DNA of 64,000 nt from NCBI GenBank assembly GCA_023334545.1, contig JAADVB010000014.1:1-64000 (forward strand), read 5' to 3'. Numbering within the stretch: position 1 is the first letter of the stretch; each line of letters begins with the position of its first letter. This DNA comes from Salisapilia sapeloensis CBS 127946 (lineage: Eukaryota > Protista > Oomycota). The notes below the pieces were generated by a model. The model was given only the letters and a program-made list of their open reading frames with translations, made no database searches and was not told where the DNA came from. Both the position numbers and the translations under genes were made by a program. Positions 46,617 through 58,931 of this stretch are shown piece after piece.

Positions 46617-49346
46617 TTACTTGTGCACTTTGTTTCCACTGTAGATATTGTGCAGGTGAGCATTTGCTTTCAACTGCTTCGTCTCGTCCTTCATCTCGAC
46701 AGCGCGACGTAGTAACCTCTCCTTTAACGACATGAGACGCTCCGGCGTGAACGTCAGCGATATGCCATGCAAGAAGTCCTTCCACGAGTCAGCGGATTCG
46801 AGTGCGTCCTCTAAACGAACACTTTGTTGGTTGCTCAAGTAGTTGTCGTCACCTCTACCTTCAAATGCGATCGCTGGGCGATTGACTACTGTCAGTCCGT
46901 CGGTGGACGCATCTCGAATGAATTCGAACAGAGCACAGAGTTGGTGGACGGTCGACAGAGGCGCTGTTTCACTACTCCAGAGATCTCGCCGATCTGTCTG
47001 CTGTCTATAGCTCCCAAGGTCTAGTCGAGATAAAACCCATTTGACTCGATGAAGCATCAACTGATCCTCCCTTCGCTGCTCTTTCATGTCCTCACTGACA
47101 GAACTCGCAGCTTGCACTTGTAATTCCAATTCGTCTAAATCTAATTTCTCTAATACCTCTCGTCGCTTCCTTTCATGCACCTCAACAAGCTTCCCCAAGT
47201 CCATTGAAAGCAACGGATTCTTCTGGAAGAAACGTTCGATGCGTGTCACCGTACCTGGATGCACCTGTCGAACTGCCTCAACTAGTCCATGCATCCTGCC
47301 CAAACCTTCTTCCGTTTCATGCAGTCGAACGCGTGTCTCCTTCGTCCTATCATGAAAGCCATCGAGCTCCTTTTGCTTTTCCTCCAACTTGGTCTCGAGC
47401 TGTTCGATGGATCCTTCCAACTTGCTGATCTTCTCTTGATACAACAGAGCATTGGCTTCCAATCCGAGGCACATACGTTTCTGGTCCTCTAGGCTTTGGA
47501 GAAGCTGCAATTGGGAATGGATGCCCTCGACATGCCCAAACAATATCTGATGCTTCCACAGCCGAAAGAACTGGTACTTCATATGCCGCCTCTGACGCTT
47601 GGTGTATGCCTCGCATAGGTGCTTACGTGCGTTTCGAGCCTGCTTCTTGTCACTCGTGTAATTGTACCATGCTCGGAATGGCGTCTGGAAGACTCGACGG
47701 CAGTATCCTCGCCATTGCTCTACTGCATGTTCTCGTAAAGCTCGCTGGTACTTGGCTCGCACCCTCCATCGCCTTACCAGCATCTTACTTGTCTCGCGCG
47801 TACTTCCTTCAAACAGCTTTCGTACTCGACGTAATTGGGCGCAATAGTGATGCCAAGCACGCAAGTGGCGACGCATATTGGCGAAGCGGTAGTGTGCATC
47901 GATCTTCCGAAGATTGAATCGCCGATCAAACTTTTCCAACGTCCGCTTCTCTGTACTTTTGCGTCGGGCTACTGCACGCTCCGCTTGTGATGACTGAAAG
48001 TATGGTAACCAGGCATCCATGACCATTTGTAGTAACTTTCGTCGTAGATGATGCTTTGCCACTTGTGCATTGCGTTTCGCAGGAAGGTAGATGAGGTTAA
48101 CAAGTAGACGGAAATACACTCGAGATAGGTGGTAGTCATGTCGAGATCGGACGATGCGAATGTTCTCGCGCACGAACTCATCGTCGATCATCTCTGGAGT
48201 GATAATGTCGAAGCGACCAAGGGCTTCCAACCGCTGTTTAGCTTTCTGACGTCGACTGCGAACGTCAGCAGCAACAGCTTTGCGGCTTCGACGGCCAAAG
48301 GCACTGCTTTTCCAAGCATTCACAACCATTTTTAGTAGCATAATTTGCTTCTGACGAAAGCATTTCTCCGTCTCTTCTTTCTGTCGACGGCGTAGAGGCA
48401 GGTTGGTTAGTGTGAGGTCTCGGAGCTCACCTATCACTCGCCGAAGTAGGTCATGTGTCCTCAGTCGATGCATTGTACTGATTGTCATGCGAATAACTTC
48501 TTCTCGACGTGAGAATTGTTTCATATGGGACAAGAAGAACTCGCATTTTCGAGCTCTCCATGCACCTAGTGCTGTCTGGCAAAGCTCATACCGTCTACGA
48601 ATAAGTAAACAGCGGTAGAAGATGGCAATCTTGGTTGCTGCTGCATGGCGTCGCTTGTCTTCTGGAGCAACATCGTAGAAGACCTTATCCAGTCGCCGCA
48701 CTGTCGAGCGCAAGTCCCTTACTGTATGCGTGATGTGCGTTCCAGCACTTGTATTTGATTCTAATTTCTTCAAAGTGGCGCTTCTCCCTCTCTCAGTAGC
48801 TTTCGTTCGCTTCGGATGACCGTGTGCGGCGTAAATCTCTTGCATACTTTCATTCAAATATTCTTCAATTTGAACATGATGAGCTCTACGCTCGTGGTTG
48901 AGGCCAGTGGTTGAAGCTCGGTGGGGAATTTCTGCTCTAGGTGCTTCATGAGACTGCTTTCGAGTAGCACGGGCTTCTTGGCCTTGAGTTCGATCTCTTG
49001 TAACGGACGCAGGCGCTGTCTTCGCAGGAGCATCACGCACTGTCGAGCGCATTGATAGTGTAGACGATGACCCTATGATTTATAGGGTAAGCCAATATTA
49101 AAATGGAGTAGACAGCTTTAATAGTTTGCTACGTTGCATGCGCTGAGAAGATATTGACGGTTGTCGAGTTGGATCGTTTGTGGCAGACGCAGCATTGGAT
49201 GCAATGCGATCGACCACTATCTCCTCTATTGACCTAGAATTTGGCAGAAGCTTTCCTACTTTTCGAACCATTATCTGTACCGAATGTGTGTCGAGTAGAA
49301 ACCTTGTCTGCCGTCGGATCACTGTTGACGAGGAGTCGTTTTGCAT
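46617..49346 (-). CDS. Sfi1-like Trp-repeat / coiled-coil protein with IQ-like motif
   Basis: 811-aa ORF plus a probable upstream exon from ATG 49346, spliced in frame. Periodic helical W motifs (NAW, DAW, RAW, RRW, RAW, RLW), IQ-like KIAIFYRCLLIRR, C-terminal coiled coil. Confidence 0.6.
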
Positions 49347-50162
49347 CCTTTTAAGATCCCAACTTCAATGTGCTATTACTGCTGGAATTAATTCTATTTC
49401 AGAGTATATATGAAATAAAAGAATAAAATGGGAGTATCATATCGAAGTGGAGGGAGCGGTGTCCATTCTAGGTTACCAGTAATGCAGCCAATTTGCATCG
49501 ATCGGAAACAGTTCCGAATAAAGTACCCTCTCGATCGACTTAGTACTGGCCATTGCAGCATTGCAGCTCGCTAAGAGTATATCGTTGGGGCGACAGATCT
49601 ACCTTTTTCGTGAAACGCATCGGATCTGACTGTGGATATCGTTCTGTACACCTGACTGTCCTTATGTATGACATGTGCATCCACTCTGTTGTTTCCTGTC
49701 ATTTTACTCCAAACAATATACGAAGGACACGTTTGTATATTGAAAAAAGCGCTTTTAAGGTCTGATAACGTTTTCGTCGTCGTTATCAGCAGTTCGAGGG
49801 GTGGTACTCGATGTTCTTCCCTCGGTATTTGCAAAGACGACTTCAATGGAAGACTTGCATGACGGAGAATGACCAGCGCGCTGCGGATCTGCTTGCTTAC
49901 CACCTTGAGCCATTACCTTTGCATATCTGCGTTCCGAGTATGATCGAACCGTTAGATCCTTCTGGTGTCCAACTCCATCGTTCAATTTCTATCCGAGGTA
50001 TGCTATTATCGCCAGCAGAAGGGATGTTAAATGGGACAAAAGGGAGGTATCCGAAGCACGCAAGCAGTTTTCCCGCTGTATCGTCTTCGCCTAAAGCATT
50101 GGTACTGCGTCTTCTTTTCGTTTCCAAGCTAACACGCATACAATAATTTGTAACTCATGACC

Positions 50163-51723
50163 ATGCAGTGGACAGCAGACGCGTATGAAGGCTTCTCGCT
50201 CTTGGAAGCAAAGAAGGCTGATTGCAAGCGCATCGCATTAATACTTGTTCACGAAGCTCTTTGGCATTATTAAAAGTTTGATCAGTCTGTACCTCGGGAA
50301 ATGAACAGCAAACGTTGGAAATCTATCAAGTCGTCCCGGAATGCGACCATGTACCGAGAGAGGCATCTAACTCGGCGTGTGATCAAAGATTCATACACCA
50401 ACGATGCAGGTTGGCAAATGCCCCGTGTCATTGTCGGGAACGGGACGATCTCAAGCAATATGGATGATCTCTTGTAAGGTCTGGCGTACGGTGACGAGCC
50501 AGCGGGTCTGCAAGGTGTAAACTACGCCGGAGCGCCACTGAGTAATTCTCAGATTCTCGCGGCAATTGAGAAGCCAGCTTTAGAACACCCATATCGCTCT
50601 ACTGTTCTCCAATGGCATGCTGGTAATTTAAGTTCACCACTTGGAGGAATTGTCAAAGACTGAGACTGCGTTTACATTCGAGCGAATAGAGTATTCCAGG
50701 TCGTCAAAGACGAGCGGATTAAGTACAATCTCATTCACTCAGTCGACTTATCGTCAACCCATCAGCTTATAAACGAGACATCATCCGATCCCATTGTTCA
50801 TCTTGAGTTATTTTCAAGCCAGTTGGGGATCAATCGGTCAAAGTGTTCTCCAAAGCATACTATAAAGTGTTTGGAAACAACCTCCTTGACTCCGTCAGTG
50901 TCGTCGTCTTGGTCAGTGCACTTATGACTAACTGGACGTCTGCCTACTGCGCGAACAAAAAAAACTTTCCTGGCTCCTTCAAGAAAATGAATAAGGACGA
51001 TATCATGCGCTTTATTGGCATGGACGAAGCTGAAAAGAAGTCGAAATGTCGTTCCTGCGAAAAGCAGTTTGCCCCTTTGCTCAAAGTTTACGTCTGTGAC
51101 TTGTGTGAGTCTCTCGTCTGTGGAAAATGCGCTCTTCCCATAGAACTACTTGACGTCGGTTCCAAACTAAAGCTCACGGCAAAGAAGATTTGCCTCTGCT
51201 CTACTCGCGATCAATTCCTTAACCAAGCCAATTCCTATAAAGTTGCTCGACAAGAAATTCAAGCCGAACGGTATGAAAAGTTGGAAGTGGGTCCACCATC
51301 GTCGAGCCGTCCAGGATCTCTCAGCTGACTGAAGAAACGAGTGATTAGTCAGGAAAAGAATCCTGTGCTGGCGAAGTATACGAATTCGACTCGAACCAGC
51401 TTAGCCCTTCGACTAAAGAGTCACTGAGTGCGTTTGTCCAGTTGACATCATCTAGTGACGATGCGCAGGTCTTGGAGTCCAGGAAGAAGTCCTTCAATAA
51501 AGACTCTGTTGATAAATGCGATGATAATGAGGAAGAGGAGTTGGAAATTCTGATTGAAAACGTATGGAGAGGTAGCATTTCGGACCTTAACTTGGACAAC
51601 CCAGAGCGTGATCGACAGCTAGCACGTCTAAAAATGACTGAGATGAGACTCCAGCAGAGTGATTCGACTGCTCAAGTGCTCGGGCTTGTCGAGTGTGAAT
51701 TTCGTGACTATTTGATCACGTAA
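50163..51723 (+). pseudogene. Disrupted START-like/FYVE family gene
   Basis: One frame from ATG 50163 gives KRWKSIKS..TMYRER..WQMP..GTI..MDDLL*G..LAAIEKP..HPYR..KD*DCVY..YNLIHSVDL, with in-frame stops at 50271, 50475 and 50661. A frameshift then leads to a degenerate FYVE (CRSCEK..CDLC..VCGKC). Confidence 0.8.
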
Positions 51724-51899
51724 GTCTGCCTTAGCAAAGGATTTGAATTTATGCAGTATCAAACAAGTATACGGCGCTCAATACCAACAGATGCATTTTG
51801 AATTGATTCAAAATTATCCTTACGACGCCTTTGTCACTAGCATATAGCACCGTGTTCGTTCATAGAGCAAAATGTGTTTCAAATGAGCCAAACACCCAA

Positions 51900-53208
51900 T
51901 TAGCATTCGCTTCCAGCACTTCCATCCTGAGGAACTTTGTAGCAGTAGGACACTTCCCTCGCTTCAGCCTGCTCGCCCGTCTTCCATCCACTTCCGGTCG
52001 AGATGAACTGCAGCCTTGCCTCATCCGCGTTAAAAGACAGCTCAAAGTATCCATACGGAGCACCAGGCGCAGACCAGACACCTTCCACACCGACGGAACT
52101 AGTCGCATGAGGGGGCGGATTGCCGATACCTTCACTCTGCACACCACCGCCAGCGCCATTCGTCACGAAGTGGACGTTGTAGTCTCCACTGTAGTCGATA
52201 CTCTCCGCATGCGTGTGCCCATTCAAGAACAGCTGCACGCCACCCTCTTTCAACGCATCGTACCAATCCTGCCACATCTCTGGCGTCATGTGATGATGGG
52301 GCGAGTAGTGCGAGTTCACGACCTTCCAATCCGCATCCGACTCCTTTGAATCCTTCTTCATACCATCCAACGATTCGACGTACCATTTTTGGATTTCGTC
52401 CATGCAACTTTGGAACATGTCGTCGTTGCCTCCAGCACAATTCTCCCCTGTCGGGTTTCCACACACTCCGTCATTTCCGTTAGAGTAGCCGTAGCACTGG
52501 CAACAGATCTGACGAGCACCGTGGACCGTCGCAAAGTTCGTGTCGACATTGTAAATGTCAATCTTTAGACCATTCTCTTCAAGCGTTGTCTTGTAGTAGT
52601 GGCCATCAAGATGCCAGCGGTCATTGTTGAAGCTCTTGTATGTTTTCTGTTGCTCAAACTTGTCTCGAAGCTTCTCCAGCATCTCGTCTGTCGAAGAACA
52701 CTCGTGCCCACAGATGTAGCTGGCTCCACCATAGTCGTGGTTTCCTAGCACATTGTACCACGGGACATCTAGCAACGACTCAGCGTTATACTTTTCTTCA
52801 AATGTCGCGTAGAATCGATCCCCCTGGTCGTCCAAGATGCCCTGCCAGTAAAAGTTGTCGCCATGACCGATGATCGCTTTGGGAGACAGGAGCTCAGCTG
52901 ACTCAGCCAACAGATTCGCAACGTTCTCCTGCGCGTATCGATGGCGATAGTACGAAGGACTGTTCTGGTCACCGTTGTAGTGACTGCAGCACGAATCCGC
53001 GGGGTTGTACGTGACGCCCCAGTCACCCACAGCAAGTAGGTGGAGATCATACGAATCGTCTACATTGAAAGTGAGTAATTAAACGACGATGAGGATGTCG
53101 ATTAAACGGACCAACGTTAGGAGCGTGCGCTTTGCCGAGGACATCTGACGTGCCTTCCGCATTGATGGCGGTCATAGACATGAGCGCGGTAATCGTCGGG
53201 AGCTTCAT
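51900..53208 (-). CDS. Secreted calcineurin-like metallophosphoesterase (purple/tartrate-resistant acid phosphatase type)
   Basis: Signal-peptide exon MKLPTITALMSMTAINAEG and one intron. Metal motifs GDWG, GDNFY, LGNHDY, SHY, GHTH. Confidence 0.92.
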
Positions 53209-53446
53209 GGTCTTTTCGGCGAATTGGAGAATGGATGCGTCAGAGGAGCTGGATTAAAGCAGCTTCGAATATCCACGTCAGGCGCCATCTGACCCACGAG
53301 TGTATCATCATGTCGAGATTAATACAAAAGTCAAGTCAGTTTTCGGCGGTCGAGATCTTGGAGGATCAACTCAGACTGACGCACTTTTTGTATACTTTCG
53401 ACAGCACTTTGCTTCCAGTCAAACACAAGCACTCGAACAATAGAAG

Positions 53447-54886
53447 ATGAAATCGATCCTGAAGGGGTCTACGCTCTCTTGGGCAAAGTCGACTGCCTTG
53501 CAGCGAACGGCTAGAGCGACAGCATCTCTCTCTCAGCGCTCCTTATCCGATGCACCAAAAGCGCCAGTTAAAAAGAGCACGTGGAGTGACTTTGTCGACT
53601 CGGTCCAAGTGGTGAATGACATTGAGCAAATCTCTCGAAGTGAACTTCGTACCACGGTGTGCATGCCAGAGTCACTGCTTGAGCGTGTCACTTCCGTAGT
53701 CCAAAACAGAACACATACACAACTGGAAAAGCTGCGCAACCAGCAGCGTGAGCTTGATAAGCAAAATGCCGCTCGTGCGCCAACGAAAATGCACGAGCAC
53801 CAAGCGATTGGATGGGTATTGCAGGACGCAGAGGAGGCGCCGTCTCAAATATACGGACCGTCAGAGACCATCAAGTATTTGGCGTACGATATGGAAGCCT
53901 CGTACGCCTGCCTTCATCACGTTTTCGACCAAATCCGTCGAAAGAATGACAGCTTTCAACCAAAGTCCGTTTTAGATTTCGGTGCAGGGCCTGGGACAGC
54001 TTCGTGGGTAGCGAAACAATTCTATGAAGACAGTATTTCTTCCTACCGAGTGGTGGAGCCCAGTCAGTCGATGCAAGATGCAGCTGGAGTCGTCTTGGAA
54101 GAATTTCCCGGACTCAGTGTACGGAGAAGTTTATCGGAAATGAGCAAAGAGATTGGTCCGAAAGGTGCAAAGTATGATCTTGTCGTGGTGAACCGAGTGC
54201 TATCAGAGCTGCGGAGTGATGTGGAGCGAGTCGCCGTCATGAGTGCGTTGTGGGAGCTTGTGAGCGACGACGGAATGGTCGTCATCGTCGATCGTGGCAG
54301 TCCACTGGGCTCCCATCATGTCCGATCCGCTCGTCAGTTCATTCTCGACGTTGTGGAAGAAGAAGAGGAGCAAGACGCCCGTATTGTTGCCCCATGCCCG
54401 CATCATAAGGCGGTACGTATACCATACATATTTATCCTTGGGCAGTGTCTTACTAGATATTCCTGTTGATAGTGTCCAGCAGTGGGGGGTACTTGGTGCC
54501 ACTTCGTGCAGCGAGCACCAACGGTGCAACGACCGCGAGAAGCAAGTGCAAAACGTTGGACTGGTCAACGTGGATCGAAGTTTTCATACGTTGCAATGGA
54601 AAAGAAGGCACAAAAGGAAGAAAAGGACATTCCACATCTAGGCCGATTGATTCGAAACCCTTTACTCGCCCCTCGACACGTTCATATGGACATGTGCACA
54701 CCAGAGGCAAGTGCTCCATTAAGTATTGTAGTTAAGACTATATGCTGACGATATGTGATACAGGGTCAAGTGGAGCGTCGGACTGTTACTCGGGGCAAGT
54801 CGATTCGAGAAGTGTACCGAGCGGCGCGTAAGGCTCATTGGGGTGCAGAATGGCCTGCAGATGCGAGTGTGTATCGTAAGGAGTAG
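53447..54886 (+). CDS. METTL17: Mitochondrial small-subunit assembly methyltransferase-like RSM22/METTL17
   Basis: VLDFGAGPG, DRGSP.G..VRSARQFIL, APCPH..CP..WCHF.QR, KFSYV, GRLIR.PL..HV.MD.CT, YRAARKAHWG. One GT-AG intron and one GC-AG intron (54707-54763). Confidence 0.93.
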
Positions 54887-56439
54887 TAGAAACCAGGATC
54901 AAATAAAAGCTTTGGCTATAGAGACACTATCGGGAGAGTGCGTTGTAAAGAGTGGGATCTCAGCCGGAACGCCATCGCCATATTAAAGATCTGTAATCGT
55001 CATCAGTAGCACCATTCAGTTTCCTTACGCGCATGGAGACCAAAGTGAAGTGACTAGGGGCGTTTCGCAAGGGATTATCTTTGCATGGATAGTGATATGG
55101 ATATTATTGTGCAGCACAGAAACGGATCGCAATGTCCACGATCAAAAGCAAAGACGAGTCTATGGAATATAAATCGAATGTGAACCGGCTGGAAAACGTC
55201 GGGCTCGAATCACTTTCGCGTCCAAGGTGATGAACGATAGCTGCTTGACCCTCGTCTGCCCAGTTCAATCAATCCGGTGCCTGGTTGCTGTTTCAAAGCA
55301 AGGACAACGCCTTAAGCATCCCACATCACGCGAGTGCATTGCCAGTACTTGGAACTCGAGCGTAGAAATGCGATCTTTTGCTTGGAAGGGAAGCAAGGTA
55401 TATTCGGCTGGTTCTTTGGAAAGTCAGGCAACAGATCTGTCGGCAAAATCAAGTTGGCGAGCTCTTCTTGGCCAAAGGTATCGCCATCCTGCCATTACTC
55501 TCTTCGGAACCAAAAGAAATCTTGTAGTCGCAGCTGCTTTGAAACTGATCAGCGCAGCAGAAACAGGGCTGCCATCAACGAATTTACAAACAAAGCCGAG
55601 TGATGGCCGCTCTTTAGCCACCGATATACATTGTCGATGCAGTCCGTAGGATCTCTTACACTCCTACCGTCCGTTTCGTTTAGCATCAAGTAGCATCCGT
55701 ACCCGCGGCTATACGATTCTGTAGCAGCGAGTTCGCCGCGTTTGATGAGTGTTTGCTCGTACTGAAATTCGGCGCATCCGCGCCAGCTCATCCAATAATA
55801 GCCTGTCCTTTTTATATGCTCATCTTTGAAGTGACATCACGCGTGACTATCATCTTGATACTCTCGTCAAACTCTCGTTGACAGCAAGTTCTCGTGCAAA
55901 ATGTGCTAGTGTACCGTTCGAGTGGTCAGTGTAGACAGTCCTGCGACGATGGACGCGTGTCCGTCGCATTAAAAGGCGCTTATCACGTGGAGAGTCGAAA
56001 AATCGACTGCAAATACGATCCACACGCTCGTAAACAGTTGGGTTTCAAGTTCAACATAAAAAGACGAGATCGATCACGTAAGCCTTTTTTCGCTTGCTCT
56101 TCTTGTCGTGCTTGACCTAACTATCCTTGAATTGGACGTCGGTCGCTCAAACCTAGAGTTTCCTGCTCGAATGCAGTCACGAAGCAACCCGTGTGAAGCG
56201 TGCAAGTGCTGCCAGACAGCAAGATGCGACATGTTGCATGAACCGGCTCTTAACGCCAAGTTTCATTGGATGAAATGGTGTCTTCTTGTTTAACCAGACA
56301 TACGCTATGTTATATTAGACAGCGATGGGGAGAGAGAACAGCCCACGATTTCCATTTGTCGTTTCTGCACGCCTCGCACAAAGATAGGCAAAATACCGTA
56401 GAATAGACGATAGGTCGCTCCATCCTCTTTAGCGCAATA

Positions 56440-57696
56440 ATGTCCATGCAAACAGAGCTACCGCCGCCGTTGCCGTTGGAGCCGATGGCCGACCAAAAGG
56501 CCGAGGCACGGAACGACGCGCTCAAGTCCAATCGACTCTGTACCATCCCCGGATGCGAAAAACGGGTGCGCTCCAAAGGACTGTGCAAGGCCCACGGCGG
56601 TGGTCGACGGTGCATGGTCGAAGGCTGCGAGCGCAGTAGTCAAGGTCAAGGCCTCTGCATTCGGCACGGAGGAGGAAAGAGGTGCACGCGCGACGGCTGC
56701 ACCAAAGCGTCCCAGTCCAACGGTCTTTGCAAAGCTCACGGCGGTGGCTTGCGTTGCCAGGCGCCCAATTGCACCAAGAGCAGCCAAGGAGGCGGATACT
56801 GTCGTGCGCATGGCGGAGGACAGCGCTGCGAGAAGGAAGGCTGTACGAAAGGCGCGCAACGCGGCGGTAGGTGCGCTGGGCACGGTGGATCTCGCTTCTG
56901 CCAGCACCCAGACTGCACCAAAAATGACCGTGGCGGAGGGTTCTGCGCAGAACACGGCGGCGGCAAGCGTTGTGATGCCGAGGGATGCAATAAACCTGCG
57001 AGGAAGCGAGGCAAGTGCAGTTACCATGCCAATTCCACCAAGGGCAAGCCCCCGAAGGGAGAAATGAGTGGGATGGAGATGCCCAGTGGACCTCCGAACG
57101 GCGGAGTGCCAATGGGCCAACCGAACCACATGATGGACATGCGGCCAATTGCTGCGCCGCACTTCAACTCGATGAATGCCATGAGAGACCAAGGCGCGGC
57201 CTTGGCAGCTCTGGACAGAGGCAGTTTCCTGCCTCCTCCGCAACTAGGAGCGTCGCCGTATCAACGCCAAGAGGTGGATCCACCTAGATTCAATAAAGGA
57301 TTCGAGAACGTGCCGACGACGCAGTACTTGCAGATCCATACCGACCAGCGATCGTATGAGCCGATTCGACACCCGTACCCGATGCCGATGGAGCGAGGGT
57401 ACCGAGACTATGTTAAGTCTTCTCCGCACCAATGGCGGGAGGATCGGCATGACATGGAGGGGTACGTGGAAGATGTCAAGGAGCCGCCGCACATGCCTTC
57501 GTTCCCGTATGGTCCGCAGAGCCACTTGTCCGCAGCGGACTCTGCGGCCATGGCGCCAGCAGCATATGAGGCGCCTGGTCGGCCGCCGTACTATCAGCAA
57601 GTGCCACAGGAAAGCAACATGGCGTACTACGCGAGCTACTCACAGCCGAACCAGATGCAGCACATGCATGGCATGGACCCGTCCATCTTTTCCTAG
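56440..57696 (+). CDS. WRKY19-like C-X4-C-X9-C-X2-H repeat zinc-finger protein
   Basis: Seven tandem ~24-aa C...GC.K..Q.GG.C..HGGG units, followed by a P/M/Q/Y-rich tail. No WRKYGQK motif. Confidence 0.9.
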   Translation: MSMQTELPPPLPLEPMADQKAEARNDALKSNRLCTIPGCEKRVRSKGLCKAHGGGRRCMVEGCERSSQGQGLCIRHGGGKRCTRDGCTKASQSNGLCKAHGGGLRCQAPNCTKSSQGGGYCRAHGGGQRCEKEGCTKGAQRGGRCAGHGGSRFCQHPDCTKNDRGGGFCAEHGGGKRCDAEGCNKPARKRGKCSYHANSTKGKPPKGEMSGMEMPSGPPNGGVPMGQPNHMMDMRPIAAPHFNSMNAMRDQGAALAALDRGSFLPPPQLGASPYQRQEVDPPRFNKGFENVPTTQYLQIHTDQRSYEPIRHPYPMPMERGYRDYVKSSPHQWREDRHDMEGYVEDVKEPPHMPSFPYGPQSHLSAADSAAMAPAAYEAPGRPPYYQQVPQESNMAYYASYSQPNQMQHMHGMDPSIFS

Positions 57697-57767
57697 GGCA
57701 CTGTTTTTAGACTAATGCGTTTTTGCAGCGTGAAAATTTTAACAAAGCGTGGGGCAAAGTCAGCGTC

Positions 57768-58702
57768 TTATATGTCTTTCTCAAGTTGTTTCAAGATGCT
57801 GAGGATCGTCGCAAGGCCTTTGCGGACGCCGTCGTCTTTCTTCCTGTCTCCTGATGGGTGCTCCTGGACGTGGGCGAAGTCGATGAGCCGAATGTCCGGA
57901 CGTGTGTCGTTCGAGTCGTGGCTGTAGATGAACAGGAGAGAGCTTGCGATGAACTGAAAGTCTTCCTGTTCATCAAATACTTTTGCAAACGCCTCGAGCT
58001 GATCGATGAAAGATAAAAGTAGAGAGCGACGGAGCGTCGTGTCGGACGGAAAAAAGACGTCGAATGCTTTCGGTAGATCGGCAGCTTCCGAGATATTTCG
58101 ACCAAAGTACTTATCCTTCGTAAAGTAGTTTTGCGCTTTTGAATCGAACACTTTCATGCCTTGGAGACGAAAGCCAACGGTTTCTTGCAGTGGACACTTG
58201 CTACGCTCGTACTCGATCTTTTCTAACGACGCTCCGTCTTCATATGATCTCGTACCTACCTTGACATCCATGATGCATGGATGATTGCGATCTCTTGTAA
58301 GGTCTTCCAAAGCGAGGTACTCTGTGTATAGCGTGTCAGTGCGTGGCTGAGCTAGGGTATGACGTGAAGCGTACGCCTAGATGAATCCTCTTCCGGTCCA
58401 GCAGGAACGAGACCAAAGTAGGATGGTAGTAGAGGGCGAAAGTGGAGGTACTGGTCGTCATGGAACACTTTTTCGTAGAAAGCATGCTCCCTCTCACCAC
58501 GACGACCGCTTTGAAACGGCTTGAGCACACGATCTCCAGCTAGTTTCAGCTCTTGTGTTTCATATATAACAGAAGATAGTCCATGAGCATCGTTTTTTAA
58601 ATACATGTATGCATGCAGTATTGCAAGAGAAAATGTACCGCTAGTAGAGGCTGCATGTCCACCTACTTGATGCGCAAAGGGTTGCTCTGATACTTGGCTC
58701 AT
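57768..58702 (-). CDS. IPMK: Inositol polyphosphate multikinase (IPK family)
   Basis: HQVGGH, RG.RE..FY, LEDLT, PCIMDVKVG (PxxxDxKxG), SSLLFIY, IRLIDFAH. Two introns. Confidence 0.93.
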
Positions 58703-58931
58703 CCTACCAAAGCGTTCTCGTGTTGAAATGGCTACAGGATAGATAAGCTTGAAATATCCGAAATCGATACGAACAGCTCGTTAATCTGGTGCAACGAGTG
58801 GTACATTTTATCTAAACCAGTTGTTTTAGGAAGAAGAAACGGCTAAATTTACCCATTGAAGTACAACGGCACTAAGCACACGCCCAATGAAAACGCCACA
58901 CAAACCAAAAGATCTTGAAGAGTGAAGAAGA

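Noticed and set aside
50163-50700. Stop-codon reassignment or selenocysteine readthrough
   Set aside because: The stops are of mixed type with an accompanying frameshift, and other genes in the window terminate normally at TAA, TAG and TGA.
56458-57243. Antisense and alternate-frame ORFs over the zinc-finger repeats
   Set aside because: They are explained by the repetitive GC-rich coding strand.
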